This document shows positions 56,201 to 64,000 of a stretch of 64,000 nucleotides of DNA, in pieces. Origin of the DNA: the human T2T-CHM13v2.0 reference genome, Homo sapiens. The first letter of the stretch is position 1; the number at the start of each line of letters is the position of its first letter. The stretch lies in NCBI RefSeq assembly GCF_009914755.1, contig NC_060927.1; one strand, given 5' to 3'. Below the pieces are notes generated by a model, which saw only the letters and a list, made by a program, of their open reading frames with translations, ran no database searches and was not told the DNA's origin. Position numbers and translations under genes: made by a program.

Positions 56201-56959
56201 CTTAATTCTTTCCGTATCAGTTTTATCAGATATAAGTGTAGCTACCCCTGCTCACTTCTGGTTTTCATTTGTGTGGAATATATTCTTCTATTCCTTCACT
56301 TTCAGTTTATATGTATCTTTACAAGTGAAGTGACTTTCTTGTAGGCAGCATATGGTTGAGTCATCTTTTTTTATCCATTCTTCCAGTCTATATCTAGTAA
56401 GTGGGGAATTTAATGTCTTTACATTCAAGGTTACTATTCATAGATGAAGATTTACGCCTGTCATTTGTTAATTATTTTCTGGTTGTTTTCTATATAACTT
56501 GTTTCTTTCTTTCTTATTGTTTATCACTGAAGTTTGGTGGTTTTCCATAGTGATAAGATTTGATTCTTTTCTCTTTTTCCTTTGTGTATCTGCTCTACCA
56601 GTGAGTTTTATACTTTTACATGTTTTAATGATAATAACTATTATCTTTTTTATTCTGGATCTAAGATTCCCTTAAATATTTATTGTAAGGCTCAGGTGGT
56701 AGTGATGAATTTCTTCAGTTTTTGCTTCTCTGAGAAAGACCTTATTTATACCCCATTTTTGAAAAACAGCTTCTGCTTTTCTGCATATAATATTATTAGC
56801 AGGCAAATTTTTACTTTCAGCACTTCAAATACATCATCCCATTATCTCCTGGCTATTAGTTCTGCACAAAAATATGCTGTTACTCTAATGAGAATGTTCT
56901 TATGTGTGACTGGACACTTTTGTCCTGCTGTTTTTAGTATCCTCTATTTGTCTTTGCCT

Positions 56960-57258
<299 letters not shown>

Positions 57259-59492
57259 TGACAATTTGACCATAATGTTCCTCAGGAAGGATCTTTTTGA
57301 GTTAAATCTACTTGGGGATCTTTGTGCTTTCCAGATCTGGATGTTCATATCTCTCCCTGAACTTCAGAAGTTTTCAGCCATTATTTCATTAAATAAGTTT
57401 TTTGTGACTTTTTCCTTCTCTTCTCCTTCTGCAGCTCCTATAATGTAAAAACTTGTTTGCTTAATGGTGTCCCATAAGTCTTGTAGACTTTCTTCATTCT
57501 TTTTCATTCTTATTTCTTTTTTTTCTTTTTCTCCTTCTGGGTAATTTCAAATGACCTATCTTAAAGTTTAAATATTCTTTCTTCTTCTTGATCAAGTCTA
57601 CTACTGAAGCTCTGTATAATAGTTTTTATTTAATTCATTGAATTCTTCAGCTGCCGTATTTCTGTTTGGTTCTTTTTTATTATTTCTATCTCTTTATTGA
57701 ATTTCTCATTCATGTCATGAATTGTTTGCCTAATTTTTTTGAATTTTCTATCTGTATTTTCCTGTATCTCATTGAGTTTTCTTATGATCATTATGTTGAA
57801 TTCCTTTTCTGGCAATTTTCTGATTTCATTTTCAATTGGCTCTGTTATTAGAGAGTTATTATGTTCATTTGGTAGTGTCGTATTTCCTTGCTTTTTCATG
57901 TTTCTTGTGCCCCAGTGTTGTCTGTGCATTTGGTGGAACAATTGCCCTTTCAAACTTTCTAGAGTGGCTTTCATAGAGAAAGACTTTCACCTGCAGTTGG
58001 ATTTTAGTGTGCCAATTGGGAAGGATGTGGCAGTTTTGTTTATAGATAGGCACAGTGGTATAGTCTCCATGCAGCTTCATCATCTGTGTTCAATGCCAGC
58101 ATTAACTGTTGGAGTCTCAATAGCCTAGGCTGTGGAAGTTTGTGACAGCTGCAGTGATGGTGAAGGTTGTTCATGTTCTTGGTGTCAAGGGCTTTGGGAG
58201 TCTTCCTATGCTCATTTTCCCCACAATGAGGATACTTAGTGAACTACATCCCTCTTGGTGTCATGTCTGACATGTCCTATAAGCAGCTACAGCAGTGCTA
58301 GGTTCCAGGTGCAGGTGCTCAGAGCAACTGTAGGACCAGAGTCCTAAGCTCAGTCCTAAGCTCAACAGTTTCTCACAAAACTATTGTTGCAACTGGGTCT
58401 TGGGGTACCATTTGTTTGTTTGTCACAGGTTTGTTCTCTGTCACAGGTTTGGATATTGGTTGCCCACAGAGCCAGGATCTGTGCCTCTGAATCACTCCCT
58501 AGAAGCTCAAGCCCAGGGGGCAGGTCATAGCTGTGATTCTACACCCAGAGAACAAAGCACAAAACTGGACTAACTCCAGAGAAGAAGGGGTGCTCTGCAG
58601 GTTTGGGTCCAGAGAGCAGGGTTTGGCTAAAATTTGAGAACCTGAACCATTAGGGCTCAGTGGCAACTTGGGTCCCAGTGGATGAGGCACTGTGTAGGTA
58701 GTGACTGTGAACGGTAGGATGGTGGGGTTGGCAGTATCCAAGACTCTGTGAAGCCAGGTGCAGTGACATCATGTATCCCAGAATAGTATAGCGCAGCTGT
58801 TGTTTGGGCCCTGGGGATGACAGGGAATAGTACAGCAATGACTGTATTCCCCAGAGAGTAGGGTGTCTGAGCAACTCAGACTCTAAAAGTCTAGTTCAGC
58901 TCCAGGGAATCAGAGTACTAGAGTTGTTTGGCCTACAGCATAATGTGTCTCAGCTCACTACTCTGTTTCCCTGGGACTCCAGGTACTATATCAGCTTAGC
59001 CCTGGGGTGTGCAGCTTGTCAGCTTGGTCAGGGCACCAGTTCCTAAGGGGATAATGTGTTGCTTCAGCTCAGGCCTTGGGGGGATGACTATTCCACATGG
59101 CCCAAGGCACCATTTTCCTAAGATGCAGGGCACTGCTTCAGCTTAGGTAGTGGGGTATATGACCACTTTGGGTAGCCAAGGCAGTTTCCTGTGATGTAGA
59201 CACTGCTTCAACTTAGGCGCAGAGAGGTATAACTACTTTAAGCAGCCAAAATACTATTTTCCCAGGAGGCAAGATATTGCTTCAGCTCCAGCCTGAGAGA
59301 AAAAGGGGAGGAGTAAATAGAGCAGCTCCACCTCCAATTGGTCTCATAGGGAAAGGTCTATGTAACAGTTGCTTACAGCTTGCCTTGGGGATGTTAGGCC
59401 ACTGACCTGGGTTGATTTCAGCGGTGACTTAGGGGTGAAGGGGAGCCTTGGCTATTCACCCCCAGGGCAAGGCACACACCAGGTGTAGTAAG

Positions 59493-59590
59493 CAGAAGGC
59501 AGAGGTTGCAATGAGCCAAGATTGCACCACTGCACTCCAGCCTGGGCAACAGAATGAGACTCCATCTCAGAAAAAAAAAAAAAAAAAAAA
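59493..59590 (+). mobile_element. Alu 3' fragment with A-tail
   Basis: ggcagaggttgcaatgagccaagattgcaccactgcactccagcc...A20. Confidence 0.88.
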
Positions 59591-59852
59591 GATATGCTTA
59601 GATACACAAATACTTTAACATTGTGTTTAATTGCCTACAGCATTTAGAACAGTAGCATGCTGTACAGGTTTGTAGCCTAAAAGCAATAGGCTGTACCATA
59701 TAGCCTAGGTGTGTAGTAGGCTCTACCATCTAAGTTTGTATAAGTACACTCTATGATGTTTGCACAACAATGAAATCAACTTACAACATATTTCTCAGAG
59801 CATATTCCTGTGGCTGAGTGATGCATGACTGTATAAATATATGTCACATTCA

Positions 59853-60225
<373 letters not shown>

Positions 60226-60663
60226 TTATGAAATAGATTTTAAAACATTTTTCTAAGAAGAGATCCATAGGCTTCATCAGACTGCCAAAGATATCTGTAG
60301 GGGAAAAACAGTTAAGAACCCTTTCAATAGGCAGTTGCAGACTAGTGGGGTGAGGGTGACATGCAGAATCCCATCAACCCCAATCTCAAAATGTTGTGCA
60401 AGAAGTTTTGGGAAAAAATGGGAGGAGAGGATAAAAATATAACTTTAGGTATGCCTAGAGCCTGTGCAATTCACCAGGTTATGAAACAAGTTAAATTCCA
60501 GCTGAAAGGCATGGGCTTGAGGATTTTATTGATACAAAGCCCAGATATATAAGAGGGGATCTAGCTTGTGAAAAGATGGTTCAGGAGATGTAATTCTGAA
60601 AGCTGAAGCAGGATCCAGTGTCCAGTCCCCTAACCTCCAACAGATAACCCAAATCTGTAACTA

Positions 60664-61107
<444 letters not shown>

Positions 61108-61433
61108 TTAATCAAATTATTACATTAACTAATAATCTCCATTCCTTCTATAAAACCTACCAACTGGTCCCACGGCATCTGATCACTGGCAGCCAGTGGG
61201 CGTCTTTCTAGTACTCTGCCATTTTCTCAAAACTCAATAATAAGAAAACAAACAACTTAATTAAAAATGGGCAAAATCTACTCCAATATGAAGGTCTACT
61301 GGGTAGCTAGCCCTCTGACAATACCACACAGTAATCAAAACAGTGTGGTATTGGCAGAGGGATAGTCAAATAGACAAATGAAACAGAATAGAGAACCTAG
61401 AAATAGAGCCGTACAAATATGCCCAACTGATTT

Positions 61434-62441
61434 ATTAAAATAGACTTTATTCTTTAGTTTACAGAAAAATTAAGCAGATAGTACAGAGAGTTCCCATATG
61501 CACCCAGTTTTCTTGTTATTAATGTCTTACATTAGTATGGTACATGTGTTACAATGAAGGAACCAATATTGAAACATTATTATTAACTAATGGCCAGCGT
61601 ATAGTCAGATTTCCTTAGCTTTTAATTGTCATGTCTCCTTAGGATCCTCTTGGCTGTGACAGTTTCTTAGACTTTCCTTGTTTTTCACAACCTTGACAGC
61701 TTTGAGGAGTATTGGTCATATATTTTTGTGGGATGCCCCACTTCGGGAATATGTCTGGTGTTTTTCTCATGATAAGACTGAGTATGGGCTATTGGGAGGA
61801 AGATCACAGAAATAAAGTGTCATTTTCATCACATCATATCAAGGGTAATAATACTACCAGTGTGATTTATGACCATTGATATTGACCTTGATCACGTGGC
61901 AAAGATAGTGTTTGTCAGGTTTCTCCATTGTAAAGTTACTTTTCTAGACTGTTCTCTTTGGAAGGAAGTCACTATGGGCAAACCACACATAAGGAGTGGG
62001 GAGTTACGGTCCCCTCCTTCAGGGAGGAGTATCTGTATAAATTATTTGGAATTCTGCATGGGAGATTTGCCTCCCATGTTTTCCTCCACATATTTACTAT
62101 TCAATTTTTTTCTCAATATACACTCAAAATATTTATTTTATACTTTGGTCTATAACTCCAATGCTACTTTTAAATTTTGTTTCTCAAGTTGTTCCCACTT
62201 TGGCCCGTGGAAGCTCTTTCAGCTGGCTCTTGTGCTCCTTTGACATCAATGTGGATTTTGTTGTTATCATTTCCTTACTTTCTGATACTGCAAGAGCTCT
62301 AGGATTATCTTGTATAATTTTTGCCCCAGTCCAAGAATCAGCCATTTCTCCAAGGAACCCTGATTCCTTTCATTGGGGAATGGTATTAGAAACCATGACC
62401 TGAACACTAGGTGTACTCATGTACTTGTTGCTACTGGGATT
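61434..62441 (-). mobile_element. L1MC-type 3' end inserted in the sense L1
   Basis: tttacagaaaaattaagcagatagtacagagagttcccatat; TSD cccaa(c/t)tgattt. Confidence 0.75.
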
Positions 62442-62656
62442 CCCAATTGATTTTTGACAAATATTCAAAAGCTAGTCAGTGGAGAAATAATACCCATCTC
62501 AACAAAAGGTGTAGAGTAATTGGACATTCATAGGCCAAAGAAAAATGGACCTTGACCTAAAACTCACATCTTATGCAAAAACTAACTCAAAGTGAATCAT
62601 GGATGTAATATAAAATGTAAATCCTTCTTCAAAACTTCTAGAAAAACAACGGTAGA

Positions 62657-62965
<309 letters not shown>

Positions 62966-64000
62966 AAAAATGGTAGAATATCTTTATAATCTATAGCTGG
63001 GCAAGTCGTTTTTAGACTTAATACCAAAAACATGATTATAAAAGTAAACATTAATAAATAGGACGTCATCGAAATTAGAAACATTTGCTCATGAAAAATC
63101 CTATTATGAGGATGAAAAACAACTTACTACAGGCTGGGAGAAATATCGGCAAACCACATATCCCACAAATGACTAGTATCTAGAATATATAAAGAACTCT
63201 CAAACTTAACAGTGGAAATACAATCCAAATAGAAGTGGACAAAGACATGAACAGTTGTTTTACTGAAAATGTTAATACAGATGGTAAACAAACACATGAA
63301 AAGGCATTCAACATCATTAGCCATTAGGGAAATGCAAATTTAAACCACAAAGAGATAGCACTACATAGAGAAATGAAAACTCATGTTCACACAAAAACCT
63401 ATACATGAAATATTTCTAGCAGCTTTTTTCATAATACCCCCAACTAGAAACAACCAAGGGGTCCTTCAACAGGTGAATCATCAAACTGCTGTACATCTGC
63501 AATATAGAATTCTATTTGGCAATAGAAAGGAATAACTAACACACACAACAACTTTGGTGAATCTCCAGAGAATTATGCAGAGGTACGTGATTTGCAGGAG
63601 CCGGGGGTGTGGTGGGGTGGAGGGATTGACTACAAAGGAGTAGCACAAGGGGATTTTGAGAGGTGACAGAGGCATTCCATATCTTGATCAGGGTAGTAGT
63701 GGTCATTACATAACTGCAAGTGTTTTTTAAAACTCATAGGGTTACACATTCAAAAGGGCATATTTTATTGTATGTAACGCATAACTCAATTTTTTTAAAC
63801 ATGAAAAATAATGGAAGATTTTTAAGCCAACCTCCACCTAGCTCAATTACTAAATTAACCAACATTCTCCATTCCTTCTGTAAAACATACCAACGGGCAC
63901 CCAGGGCACATACAGGTGAGTACTTACAGCTAGTAGATCCCTCTCTAGTATACTGGTGTGTTCTGCTCCCATCACTTGAGCACAACACATACCAAGAATC

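Overview
Catarrhine-primate (human-like) non-coding DNA, rich in repeats. I found no supported protein-coding gene, RNA gene or CpG island, and nearly all predicted ORFs come from Alu, L1, low-complexity or chance sequence. Recognisable content: (1) many Alu, L1, L2, MIR, MaLR-LTR and hAT/Tigger fossils; (2) a 5'-truncated processed SDHB pseudogene fused to an antisense Alu piece (39.56-40.12 kb); (3) a ~16 kb nested stack (44.5-60.3 kb) of Charlie4a > Tigger3b > near-full-length L1MA. The L1MA holds an apparent Alu-L1PA chimeric insertion with a single TSD and an L1-retrotransposed, internally deleted HERV-W copy (U3-R, poly(A), TSD). The most unusual non-transposon structure is at 16.24-17.37 kb: a 276-bp, ~96% identical inverted duplication whose second copy is flanked by a 14-bp direct repeat and sits in the loop of a ~100-bp palindrome. 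I see no evidence for a wholly new biological system. Repeat subfamily names come from remembered consensus sequences, and the boundaries of old repeats are approximate.
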